Assembly: GCA_963674965.2 (NCBI GenBank)
Contig: CAXXFL010000001.1
Span: forward strand, 480,001-544,000
Direction of reading: 5' to 3'
DNA from: a bacterium
GTDB lineage: Bacteria; RBG-13-61-14; DATKZS01
Length of the DNA: 64,000 nt
The position numbers and the translations under genes are program-made. The notes below the pieces were generated by a model. That model was not told the DNA's origin, searched no databases, and saw nothing but the letters and a program-made list of their open reading frames with translations. Positions 18,508-27,811 of this stretch are shown piece by piece. Positions within the stretch are counted from its first letter, which is position 1. Each line of letters begins with the position of its first letter.

Positions 18508-19941
18508 TTACTGGTTCATGGAAGAGAGGAACTCCTCGTTCGACTTGGTCCCGCTGATCTTGTCGAGCAGGAACTCCATGGCGTCGATGGTGTTGAGGGG
18601 AGAGATGACCTTCCTTAAAAGCCAGACGCGCTGGCGCACGTGCTCGGGTACCAGAAGCTCCTCCCGCCGCGTGGCCGAGCGGTTGATGTCGATGGCCGGG
18701 AAGATGCGCTTCTCCATCAGGCGCCTGTCGAGCTGAATCTCGCAGTTGCCCGTTCCCTTGAACTCCTCGAAGATGACCTCGTCCATCCTCGAGCCCGTGT
18801 CGATGAGAGCGGTGGCGATGATGGTCAGGCTTCCTCCCTCCTCGATGTTGCGGGCCGCGCCGAAAAAGCGCTTGGGACGCTGGAGAGCGGCCGAGTCCAC
18901 GCCGCCCGTCAGTATCTTGCCCGAGGGCGGAAGCACGTTATTATAGGCCCGGGCAAGTCTCGTGATCGAGTCAAGCAGAATGACCACGTCCTTTTTATGC
19001 TCGACCAGGCGCTTGGCCTTCTCGATGACCATCTCGGAAACCTGCACGTGGCGCTGGGGAGGCTCGTCAAAGGTCGAGGATATGACCTCGCCCCTTACCG
19101 AGCGCTGCATGTCCGTCACCTCCTCGGGCCGCTCGTCGATAAGGAGCACGATGAGGTAAATATTGGGATGGTTCCTCATAAGCGCGTTGGCCACGTTCTG
19201 CAGCATGACCGTCTTGCCCGAATAAGGCGGAGCAACGATAAGGGCGCGCTGGCCCTTGCCGATGGGCGAAATCATGTCGAGCACGCGGGTAAGGTAGTTA
19301 TCGTGGTCCGACTCGAGCTGGAGCCACTCGTCCGGATAAAGGGGAGTCAGGTTGTCGAAAAGTATCTTTTCCCTGCTCACCTCGGGTTCCTCGAAGTTGA
19401 CCGCCTCGACCTTGAGCAGGGCGAAGTAGCGCTCCGAGTCCTTGGGCGGACGGATTTGTCCCGCCACCGTGTCGCCCGTCCTTAAATTGAAGCGCCGTAT
19501 CTGGGAGGGCGAAACGTAAATGTCGTCCGGCCCGGGAAGGTAGTTGTAAGTGGGCGAGCGCAGGAAGCCGAAGCCGTCGGGAAGTATCTCGAGCACGCCC
19601 TCCCCGTAGATGAGCCCGTCTCGCTCGGCCCGGCGCTGGAGAATGGCGAAAATCAGGTCCGCCTTGCGCATGCCCGCCGCGCCCTCCAGGTTGATGTCCT
19701 TGGCGATCTGCAGAAGCTCGGCGATCTTCTTTTGCTTGAGTTCCTTGAGGTTGAGCTCGGAGAAGTTGACGTCCGCCGCGCGCCTTTCCGGTTTTTCAGG
19801 CTTCTCAGGTTTTTCCGAGTTCTCGGCCTGCTTGGCCTCCGGTTCCTCGACGGGATCGGTCTTCCTCGCGTTCTTCCTTGCCGTGGTCTTCTTTTCCGTG
19901 TCGTTGTTTTCTTTGTCGTTTGACTTGCTTGCGCGGGGCAT
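18508..19941 (-). CDS. rho: transcription termination factor Rho
   Basis: [46 protein letters not shown]; charged N-terminal extension. Confidence 0.98.
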   Translation of the reverse strand: MPRASKSNDKENNDTEKKTTARKNARKTDPVEEPEAKQAENSEKPEKPEKPERRAADVNFSELNLKELKQKKIAELLQIAKDINLEGAAGMRKADLIFAILQRRAERDGLIYGEGVLEILPDGFGFLRSPTYNYLPGPDDIYVSPSQIRRFNLRTGDTVAGQIRPPKDSERYFALLKVEAVNFEEPEVSREKILFDNLTPLYPDEWLQLESDHDNYLTRVLDMISPIGKGQRALIVAPPYSGKTVMLQNVANALMRNHPNIYLIVLLIDERPEEVTDMQRSVRGEVISSTFDEPPQRHVQVSEMVIEKAKRLVEHKKDVVILLDSITRLARAYNNVLPPSGKILTGGVDSAALQRPKRFFGAARNIEEGGSLTIIATALIDTGSRMDEVIFEEFKGTGNCEIQLDRRLMEKRIFPAIDINRSATRREELLVPEHVRQRVWLLRKVISPLNTIDAMEFLLDKISGTKSNEEFLSSMNQ

Positions 19942-20243
19942 GTCGTTCTCCTTTAACGGTCAACTTTCCCGATCGGCCGGAACCTGGTCCAGCCGCTTAA
20001 GGACGGGGTACGTTTATCCTTCAATTCCATCGATAATTTTTTGGGAATCATCCACAATGGAGCCTGTGGCGCCAGTGGCCGAAAAACCCTGGATACTTTT
20101 CGGACGGCCCCTTTTCCGTGAACCGGGGAGCCCCTTTTAAAATCCCGCTCGATCTATATTTTATGGAAATCCTGTCGTGAGTCGATAATCAAGTTAAGAT
20201 CAATCAGGGAAATGTCATGTAAGGCCTTGACGCTTACACTCTA

Positions 20244-20272
20244 ATAATGAACGCCATCAAGGTATTTGTCAA
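20244..20272 (-). promoter_or_regulatory. putative sigma70 promoter of rho
   Basis: Minus strand TTGACA-N17-CATTAT. Confidence 0.55.
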
Positions 20273-20445
20273 GTCAGGCCTAAGCCCCGAATAAGAATAA
20301 GGATGGCCGCGCCCTAAAAGTTGTCCCCCGATCGAGTTTCCCACTCCATTTAAAACAGTTACAAATATAACCCGAACATGAGCCGGGAGTCAACTCCCCC
20401 AGCGGAAAAAATGTCAATATAAGGATTTGAAGGCGGCGTGAAGAG

Positions 20446-20491
20446 AAAAAGCCCGGCCAAGGCCCCGTCTGAAAACCGGGCCCTGGCCGGC
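20446..20491 (-). terminator. intrinsic terminator after SNase-like gene
   Basis: GC-rich imperfect hairpin (ccggcca.ggccc/gggcc.tggccgg) with T5 on minus strand. Confidence 0.55.
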
Positions 20492-20503
20492 GCGAGAGGT
20501 TGT

Positions 20504-21283
20504 CTATTGCCCAGCGGGCAGGGCCGCTCCCGCCTCCCACATCCCCAGCATGCTGCGCTTGGCGAAGTTCTCGAGACGGTTAAAGAGGCTCCTGTACTCG
20601 ACGTTGGGAGGGACCACGTGGCTTCGGGCGTAGCCGTTCATCACCAGGTCGGCGTTGACGAACATGTCCGTGCCCAGGTAAACGTAGGCCACGGTCCTGC
20701 CTTTTTCGTCCTGGCGCTGGGGACCGAAAACCATCTTGATCGTTCTGCCCTTCATGAGCTTCTCCTGGTACTGGACGACCTCCTCGTGAAGCCTCGTGTT
20801 CCCCTTCAACTCGTCCGGATACTCGATGCCGGCGTAGGTCACCTTGCGCCCGTCCGCCAGCTCGAAGGTGTCGGCCGAGATAATCCTGACCACCTTGCCG
20901 TCCTCGAGCTGCGGCTTGGGCTCGCCGCCCCACTCGAGATAGCGGCGCTTGATCTCGGCCAACTGCTGAGCCGTCACGGCCGAGCCGGGAGGACCGTCAA
21001 GGGCGGGCTCGGGCCGCTTCGTTTTTTCCTTGGCGGGGGACGTGTGGTCGAAGAAGCGTATCCTGCCCATGTCGTCCTTCTCGAAGCCGATGCCCTCGGG
21101 CGTTACGTAATGGTCGACATCGTGGCGTACGATGCCCTGGTATCGAGCGGGAAGTTTGTCCACCCTGTCCGTGGCGTGATAGCTGCCGTCGGGATCGTTC
21201 CAGGTGTAGGTGACCGCGTGACCCGCGCGGCCGAGGAAGAGAAGAAGTAGGGTTAATAATAAAACCTTGGTTATACGCGTCAT
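20504..21283 (-). CDS. secreted DUF4124-like + thermonuclease (SNase) domain protein
   Basis: Signal peptide; YTWNDPDGSYHATD; VVRIISADT, DEKGRTVAYVY, FVNADLVMNGYA, AKRSMLGMW. Confidence 0.85.
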   Translation of the reverse strand: MTRITKVLLLTLLLLFLGRAGHAVTYTWNDPDGSYHATDRVDKLPARYQGIVRHDVDHYVTPEGIGFEKDDMGRIRFFDHTSPAKEKTKRPEPALDGPPGSAVTAQQLAEIKRRYLEWGGEPKPQLEDGKVVRIISADTFELADGRKVTYAGIEYPDELKGNTRLHEEVVQYQEKLMKGRTIKMVFGPQRQDEKGRTVAYVYLGTDMFVNADLVMNGYARSHVVPPNVEYRSLFNRLENFAKRSMLGMWEAGAALPAGQ

Positions 21284-21440
21284 GTTCCACCTCCGCTTAT
21301 TCAGTATTTAGCTTCCACGTGAACCGTTATTTAAAGCATTATAACAATTAGATCGCCTAAGCGCAAGAGGCAAAAGCGTTTTTCCGGTAATGCCGGCGGC
21401 GTGCTTTACTAAGCCAACGCGATGAAAAATGAGGGCAAAT

Positions 21441-21477
21441 AAAAAGCCCGCCTTTCACCTGGCTGGAAAAGGCGGGC
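21441..21477 (-). terminator. intrinsic terminator after acyl-CoA ligase
   Basis: gcccgccttt...aaaggcgggc with T5 on minus strand. Confidence 0.75.
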
Positions 21478-21499
21478 CGCGGGGGCCAGGATAGGTAGA

Positions 21500-23356
21500 T
21501 TAAAGGCCCACGTATAAAAGGTTTTCCCTTCCCATCTTCTCGAACTCCTTTTTCACCTCTTCAAAGGCCTTCGAGTCAAGAGGCAGATACGTGGCGTCTC
21601 CGCGCCGGCGATGGAAGACCACCATGTCGGGAAATTTATCCACGTTGAAATGCTGCCTTTTCAATTTCTTCGAGAGTATCTTCAAGGTCTGATGCGTCAT
21701 CTCGAAAGAGTCGACGATCCGAAAATAGTCGGGCATCCACTTGGGGTCCATCCCGCCGTTACTTTGCTGTTCCATAAGCCAGTCGTAGGCTTTTTGAGGA
21801 TCGAAGGTTTGCCCCTCGCCAAGCTGGAGCGCCACCATGACCTTCTCGTCCGCCACCTCGCACGGGGCCCCATAGGCCGCGGCCAGGTCCACGCCGGGCA
21901 TGTCCAGCATGTAATTCAACACGTTCTCGGCCGAGAAGTTCTCGCCGTCCTTCCTTATCCAGTCGTCGGTCCGGCCATCGAAATAAAGGTACTTCTTGCC
22001 GTTGATTACTCTAACGTGACCCAGGTCGCCCGAGTGGAAATAGCCGTCACGGAACTTTTTATTGCTGGCCTCATCGTTCTTGAAATAGCCGTCAAAGATG
22101 ATGTTGTCCTGCCTGGTCTTCTTGCATATCTCGCCCACCGCCTCGTCGTAGTTAAGAAGACAGCCCTTCTCGTCGCATTCACCGGGCGGGCAGGGCTCGT
22201 CCCTGTCGTTCAATATAACCACGTTTTTATTCGTGAGCCGGCCCACGCTGTCGATGGGGTCTCCCGGCATGATGACCGTGTTGATGGCCGCCTCGGTGGA
22301 CCCGTAAAGCTCGTAAACGTGGTCCATGTTGAAATAGCGGATGAGCTTTTTTCTGTCCACCGCCGTGGCCCCGTTGCCGTGGGCCACGCGGAAGCGGTTG
22401 TTGGGATGATTGGCCACCGCCTTGATTATTTCCTCCTCGCTTCCGTACTTCTTCTCCAGGGCCACGAGGATGTAATGGATGGGCTGGCCCACGTAATTCA
22501 AATAAGTCACGCCGTACTTCAGGGCGTCCTCCGTGAAGGCGCTGGCCGAGAACTTCGTCTTTAAAACGAAGCTCGCGCCGCCGATCATGATGGGAAGAAT
22601 CCCGATGAACCAGGCGTTCGAGTGGAACATGGGCATCGATATATGTCCCCTGTCGTCGAACCCCAGCCGGAGGCGGGACCAGGTAAGACCGGCCGCTCCC
22701 AGGAGCTTGGCGTGCGTGCAGGGAACGCCCTTGGGCTCGCCGGTCGTGCCCGAGGTGTAGATGACGATAAGCACGGCGAAGTTGTCCACCTTCTTGGGAA
22801 GCGCGTACCCCTTCTTGACCTCGGGAGTCGCCAGGGCCTCGCTCATGCTCTTGTAGCCCTCCGGCGCCTTGCCCTCTCCACCAGCAATGAAAACGTCGTC
22901 CTTGCCGATGGCCTCGATATCGGAAAGGTTGCGCTCGACTTCCTCCAGGCCCCCGGCGTCCGTTATCATCAGGCCGATTTCCGCCCGGTTGCAAACCCGG
23001 GACAGGGTCTCGCCCCTGAAGCCGGTGTTGATGGCGATGATGGCCGAGCCGGTCATGGCCGCCCCGAAAAAGGCGAAAACGTAGTCGGGACTATTGTCCA
23101 TGTAAACGCCCACCGCCAACTGCTCGTCGGCTTTCATCTTGCCGGCGTCAACGCGTTTTTGCTTGTAATAAAGGAAGAAGTCGGCGTACTTTCTGGCCTG
23201 GTCGTAGGTTTCCTGGTAGGTGTATTCTTTTTCGTTGAAGATAAAAAAAGGAAGGCCGCGTCTGTTCTTTTTCCGGCTTAAGAAGCTGAAGACCGAGCCC
23301 ATGTTGACAAAGCCAAGGACGTTATTCAGAAGAAACTTCTCGCGGTTGAAAGCCAT
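21500..23356 (-). CDS. AMP-dependent acyl-CoA synthetase (long-chain/FATP-like)
   Basis: IYTSGTTGEPKG, YGSTE, FHSGDLG, GRTDDWIRKDGENFS; ATG 23356 with upstream GGAGG. Confidence 0.9.
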   Translation of the reverse strand: MAFNREKFLLNNVLGFVNMGSVFSFLSRKKNRRGLPFFIFNEKEYTYQETYDQARKYADFFLYYKQKRVDAGKMKADEQLAVGVYMDNSPDYVFAFFGAAMTGSAIIAINTGFRGETLSRVCNRAEIGLMITDAGGLEEVERNLSDIEAIGKDDVFIAGGEGKAPEGYKSMSEALATPEVKKGYALPKKVDNFAVLIVIYTSGTTGEPKGVPCTHAKLLGAAGLTWSRLRLGFDDRGHISMPMFHSNAWFIGILPIMIGGASFVLKTKFSASAFTEDALKYGVTYLNYVGQPIHYILVALEKKYGSEEEIIKAVANHPNNRFRVAHGNGATAVDRKKLIRYFNMDHVYELYGSTEAAINTVIMPGDPIDSVGRLTNKNVVILNDRDEPCPPGECDEKGCLLNYDEAVGEICKKTRQDNIIFDGYFKNDEASNKKFRDGYFHSGDLGHVRVINGKKYLYFDGRTDDWIRKDGENFSAENVLNYMLDMPGVDLAAAYGAPCEVADEKVMVALQLGEGQTFDPQKAYDWLMEQQSNGGMDPKWMPDYFRIVDSFEMTHQTLKILSKKLKRQHFNVDKFPDMVVFHRRRGDATYLPLDSKAFEEVKKEFEKMGRENLLYVGL

Positions 23357-23560
23357 GTTTTGCACCTCCTGGATCGGTAGATTAAATTTTGCAGGGACTA
23401 CATGGCCAATCATAGCGTTTGGCGACTCGCCAGTCAATCAACCGACTGGTAAACGCGTCGGTCAATTGTTAGCCCGGTCTTTATCACGCTTGCTCGTCCT
23501 TAGATAAAAAGGCTTTTTCCGAAAATTATAAGTCTCGGCAAGGTGTAATTGGTCCTCTTA

Positions 23561-23812
23561 TCATTCAAGGGCCCTTGCTATCAGCTTCGCTATTTTTTCC
23601 TTATTCAGAAGAGGCCTTCCCTGGTGGGCGACCTTCTCGTTGATCACCAGGCCCGGAGTCATCATCACGTATTTGCCGATCTTGTCTATTTCCGTCACGT
23701 ACTCGATCTCCGCGTCGACTCCCGTTTCCTTTACCGCCGCCTGAGTGTCCTCCAGGAGCTTTTTACAGTTGGCGCATCCTGGACCAAGGACCTTGATATT
23801 CATCTTGGACAT
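23561..23812 (-). CDS. small thioredoxin-like redox protein (MTH895/TM0996 type)
   Basis: IKVLGPGCANC, VMMTPGLVINE. Confidence 0.9.
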   Translation of the reverse strand: MSKMNIKVLGPGCANCKKLLEDTQAAVKETGVDAEIEYVTEIDKIGKYVMMTPGLVINEKVAHQGRPLLNKEKIAKLIARALE

Positions 23813-23828
23813 CTTACTCTCTCCCTTC

Positions 23829-25073
23829 TCAATCGAAAATAAATCCGTAAATCAGCCCGGCAACGGTGGACATGAAAACCACCAGGGCAACGTAAACGGC
23901 CGTCTTCCTCGTGCCCAGCACGCCCCTTATCACCAGCATGTTGGGCAGCGACACGGCCGGTCCCGCCAGCAAAAGGGCCAGCGCCGGGCCCTTGCCCATG
24001 CCCGCGCCCATCAGGCTCTCTAGGATGGGCACTTCGGTAAGGGTCGCGAAGTACATGAAGGCCGCGGCTATCGAGGCGAAAAAATTGGTCCATACCGGCC
24101 AGACCGCCGAGACGACGTCATGGAGCGTTCCGTCCCCCATTCCCGTGAGAGCGAAAAAGGCGTCGGGCCTTGCGCCCACCAGGGCCTCCACGTATCGAGA
24201 GGGGATGATCGCCTCGTGGCCGGGACGGCCAAGCAGGAACCCAGCTATAAGTACTCCCATGAAAAGAAGGGGCATGATAAGGAGCGAATAATTATATGTC
24301 TCCCTGGTCCAGTCCTTTAGCTCATCCTTGTCGAACCACAGCCACAGAACGGGCGCGAGCAGGGCCAGGGAAGCGCCCGCGATGTACCACTTTATTCCAT
24401 GGATCATGGCCCACGTTCCCTCGGGACCTTCCGGCTTGCCCCAGTTGGCGAAAACCAAAAACGCGATCATGAGCGCGAAAAAGATTACCTCCTGCCAGAG
24501 CTTGCGGGGCGGTTCCATATCCATCGAGTCCGCGGCCCGCGAGGCCAGTCGCGCCTCATCGTCCTTTCTGAAGATAATCGACATGGCGACGCCGATTACT
24601 ATGGCGAAGACTATGGCCCCCGCGGCGCGCGCGATTCCCATTTTAACGCCCAACACCCGGGCCGTCAGAATAATGGCCAGCACGTTCACGGCCGGACCGG
24701 AATAGAGGAAGGCCGCGGCCGGTCCGATGCCGGCCCCCCGCTGATAGATGCCCGTGAAAAGAGGGAGCACCGTGCAGGAGCAGACGGCCAGGATCGAGCC
24801 CGACACGGAGGCCACGCCATAAGCCACCGCCTTTTTCGCGTCGGCGCCGAAATACTTGATCACCGACGCCTGGGACACGAACGCCGCTATCCCGCCGGCG
24901 ATGAAGAACGCCGGGACCAGGCAGAGGAGCACGTGGTCCCGGGCGTACTCCTGGAGCATGTAAAAGGCCTCCATGATGGCGCCCCTGACCCGAGGATGGC
25001 CGAGAGGTATTAAATAGGCCCCGACAAAGGCCGCGACAAGGTAGATAAATTTCTTCAGGTCGCTCATTATCAT
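23829..25073 (-). CDS. ArsP/DUF318-type permease
   Basis: AVCSCTVLP, FLYSGPAVN, MYFATLTEVP, LLLAGPAVSLP; ATGA-coupled to arsR. Confidence 0.88.
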   Translation of the reverse strand: MIMSDLKKFIYLVAAFVGAYLIPLGHPRVRGAIMEAFYMLQEYARDHVLLCLVPAFFIAGGIAAFVSQASVIKYFGADAKKAVAYGVASVSGSILAVCSCTVLPLFTGIYQRGAGIGPAAAFLYSGPAVNVLAIILTARVLGVKMGIARAAGAIVFAIVIGVAMSIIFRKDDEARLASRAADSMDMEPPRKLWQEVIFFALMIAFLVFANWGKPEGPEGTWAMIHGIKWYIAGASLALLAPVLWLWFDKDELKDWTRETYNYSLLIMPLLFMGVLIAGFLLGRPGHEAIIPSRYVEALVGARPDAFFALTGMGDGTLHDVVSAVWPVWTNFFASIAAAFMYFATLTEVPILESLMGAGMGKGPALALLLAGPAVSLPNMLVIRGVLGTRKTAVYVALVVFMSTVAGLIYGFIFD

Positions 25074-25450
25074 TTCCCCGCGCCAACGCGCGACTTGGCT
25101 CTTAAAGACTCGGCGATCATGGCGTGCTCGTCCGCCATCTTGCATACGCCGTCCTCAAGGCAATGGAGCATGGACACGAGACAGGGCAGCTTGATCGAGT
25201 AGAACACGTTCAGTCCCTCCTTGCGGGTGGAGACCAGCCCGGCGGCCCTCATCACCGCGAGATGGCGGGAGGCGTTCGATTCCTTCTCGCCCAGTATGGC
25301 CACCAACTCGGCCACGGTCTTCTCGCCGCCGGCCAGGGCCTCGAAGGCCGTGATCCTGACGGGATGGGCCAGGGCCTTGAGGATATTGGCCTTGCGCTGC
25401 GCCGCCCCCGCCAGGGCTTCCCGATTAAAAGCGTCTTTTTTCTTTTTCAT
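25070..25450 (-). CDS. ArsR/SmtB-family metalloregulator
   Basis: LKALAHPVR, SRHLAVMRAAGLV, RKEGLNVFYS; three C-terminal Cys. Confidence 0.92.
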   Translation of the reverse strand: MKKKKDAFNREALAGAAQRKANILKALAHPVRITAFEALAGGEKTVAELVAILGEKESNASRHLAVMRAAGLVSTRKEGLNVFYSIKLPCLVSMLHCLEDGVCKMADEHAMIAESLRAKSRVGAGK

Positions 25451-25485
25451 TTTTTTCACCGATCCATGTCCGCGCGCCGTCAATC

Positions 25486-25509
25486 ATTACTAATTTACTA
25501 TTTAGTAAT
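25486..25509. promoter_or_regulatory. putative ArsR operator
   Basis: attactaa-N8-ttagtaat inverted repeat upstream of arsR. Confidence 0.5.
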
Positions 25510-25712
25510 ATTATAGCACATAATAAAACCGGCGCAAGGGGGGGCGACCGGTTTCGTAAGCAACCGCCCGGGGCCGGCGAAGCCGGATGGGTGGAGTGGC
25601 AAGACGGCTGAGACCGGTGGAAAGATGAGGTCGCGAGTAGAGGTGAGGCGGCCTACCCATCCCGAGAAGCCACCACCCCCGCGACCGGGGACCGCCTCTT
25701 TGACCGGAATCA

Positions 25713-26138
25713 ATCAATTTCCCACATTGCGGTCCACCCGTCCCAAGCGCAATCGAAGACCACCCGGCGGCCGTCACCCTGTAACCATATACGAGCTCAG
25801 TTGCGTATGGCGTCCCCGGAACTCCCAATGGAGTCCTCTCCGCAATAGTAGGTGTATTGCGTAAAGCCTTCCGCTTCCCAGCCGAGAAGAGAAAAACAAT
25901 CGGGACCCGAGGCGAAAACTCCATGGGCCTTTCGGTAATTAAGCTGGGCCTCCCTTATTGCTCTAAGGTTATAATTGGGCTCCCATTGCGCCGATCTGGT
26001 ATTGAACTCCAGGAACCGGCCGATAGACAGCACGAAAAGCTGTACAAACCACGCGGCCAAAACCAGAAAAATAATTAAGGAGCTCAGAGACACTCGTTTC
26101 TTTGCCTCCGGGATGGGCGGCGTTTGCATTTGCGTCAT
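25713..26138 (-). pseudogene. degenerate type IV pilin-like gene
   Basis: RFLEFNTRSAQWEPNYNLRAIREAQ...LGWEAEG.QYTY resembles deltaproteobacterial PilA body; no G|FTLIE site; stop at 25797 with pilin-like GYRVTAAG and WEID continuing in other or interrupted frames. Confidence 0.5.
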
Positions 26139-26201
26139 AATCTCTTCTCCAAAAAGGTTTTCAATTTTCCCTCTCAAACTTTAGAAAATATCCTAAGGGA
26201 A

Positions 26202-26717
26202 TCACTTAAATGCGTTCATATTCGAAAGCCCAATCATCGCGAGGACGACGACAATCATGAACAGGAGAAAGAACGACAATATCTGGGAAAGGCTAGCGAG
26301 TTCTTTCATTTTCAACTCTTTATCTTTTTCGACTATTCTGTTCGCGGCGATGGAAAGGCCGAGGCCCGCGATGGGGAACAGCAACATGGCAATGACCGAG
26401 GTGAGCATCAATAAATCATAGATTTTCCCGCAAGCCAGCCCGGCTATCCCGTTCAAGAAGCCGCCGTCCATAAACAGGACACCGCATCTTCCTTTATCCG
26501 TCAGATAGTACATCATGGCCCATAAGTTGATTACGACGCAACTCGACAGCGAGTATAGGAAGGCGGCAGCGGAAGTGACGGATACCTTGAAGCCGGGGTC
26601 TTTTCTTTGTCTGAATTCGTCCCAGGGAAAACGCATGTACACGGTAAGGAGAGTGAACGACATTTGGCCAAGGAAAATCATCGAGACAATAATATCGCCC
26701 TTGCCCACGTCCTCCAT
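26202..26717 (-). CDS. hypothetical membrane protein (about 4 TM)
   Basis: GAGGAGG SD, ATG, four hydrophobic segments; AT-richer. Confidence 0.7.
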   Translation of the reverse strand: MEDVGKGDIIVSMIFLGQMSFTLLTVYMRFPWDEFRQRKDPGFKVSVTSAAAFLYSLSSCVVINLWAMMYYLTDKGRCGVLFMDGGFLNGIAGLACGKIYDLLMLTSVIAMLLFPIAGLGLSIAANRIVEKDKELKMKELASLSQILSFFLLFMIVVVLAMIGLSNMNAFK

Positions 26718-26803
26718 GGTTCCTCCTCTTTGATCTCAGTCTCACTCCGGAGCGTTAATTTCATTGCCTCGGCGCGGCTTTATCCCGGCCGTGTGTCCGA
26801 GTC

Positions 26804-27613
26804 TTACTTCCCCTCGAAGTTGGGCTTCCTTTTCTGCATGTAGGCGGACACGGCCTCCATGATGTCGTTTCCCTTGAGGATGAGGCAGCTTCGGGCGGCG
26901 GCGTAGGCCAGGCCGTCGCGGTTGGTCTTGTCGCGGCAGTAGTTCATGACCTCCTTGGCGCCCTGCACGGCCAGGGGGGCCGTCTCGGCTATCTCGGCGG
27001 CCAGGGTCCGGGCCGCCTCGAGGAGGGCGTCCCTGTCCTCGTACACGTCGTTTACCAGGCCGATCTTTTCCGCTCGGGCCGAGTCGATGTTCTTGCCCGT
27101 AAAGGCCAGCTCGCGCGTGGGCCCTTCCCCGATCAGGCGGGGAAGCCTGTTGAGGCTGCCGATGTCGGCGATGATGGCCAACTTGGCCTCACGAAGCGAG
27201 AAGTAGGCGTCCCTCGAGCAAAGTCGTATGTCGCAGGCCGCGATAAGGTCCAGACCACCGCCCACGCAGGCCCCGTGCACGGCCGCGATGACGGGCTTTC
27301 GGCATTCGTCCACGGCGTTGAAGGCCTGCTGGATGCGGATGACGGTGCGGTAAAGGGTATCGGTTTCGTGGGTCCCCTTTTGGCTCTCCAGGGTGCCGGC
27401 GCTTTCCATCAGGTCCAGGCCGGCGCTGAAGTTCTTGCCGTTGCCGCCTATGATCACGACCCTGACCTCGCGGTCGTCGTGGATTTGTTTAAACAGGCCC
27501 TCGATCTCGGGCCAGAAGTCGGGGTTCATGGCGTTGGACTTGGCGGGCCGGTTCATGAACACCTCGGCCACGTGGTTTTTGAGTTCATAGGTAATGGTTT
27601 TGTATTCGGTCAT
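26804..27613 (-). CDS. enoyl-CoA hydratase/isomerase (crotonase, ECH1-like)
   Basis: NRPAKSNAM, FSAGLDL, KPVIAAVHGACVGGGLDLIAACDIR, ADIGSL. Confidence 0.93.
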   Translation of the reverse strand: MTEYKTITYELKNHVAEVFMNRPAKSNAMNPDFWPEIEGLFKQIHDDREVRVVIIGGNGKNFSAGLDLMESAGTLESQKGTHETDTLYRTVIRIQQAFNAVDECRKPVIAAVHGACVGGGLDLIAACDIRLCSRDAYFSLREAKLAIIADIGSLNRLPRLIGEGPTRELAFTGKNIDSARAEKIGLVNDVYEDRDALLEAARTLAAEIAETAPLAVQGAKEVMNYCRDKTNRDGLAYAAARSCLILKGNDIMEAVSAYMQKRKPNFEGK

Positions 27614-27811
27614 TTTCACGCTCCTGAGAGGTCTTAATCGCCCGCCGCCTGGCTTTTTTAGGCGGCGCGTTTAAACAGGCTATCCGGCTCGGTGGCCTCG
27701 TGTCAAGCGGAGTGATCGTTCTTCGGTTGCCAAGCGTATTCAGTTATGCTAGAAAGGCGTTGGATAACGCACGTTATCCGATGGGGAAGAAAGATAACGG
27801 AGGCCTTTATC

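Noticed and set aside
25539-25560. ggggggcgaccggtttcg resembles a tmRNA 5' end
   Set aside because: TTCGAC is not completed and no T-arm/CCA 3' end is found 300-400 nt downstream.
25585-25662. ggatgggt...acccatcc inverted repeat, REP-like
   Set aside because: Single 8-bp pair with a long unpaired interior and no second copy in the window.
26161-26190. Possible decayed copy of the crotonase 3' end flanking the 171-aa orphan
   Set aside because: Similarity is short and gapped and could be chance.
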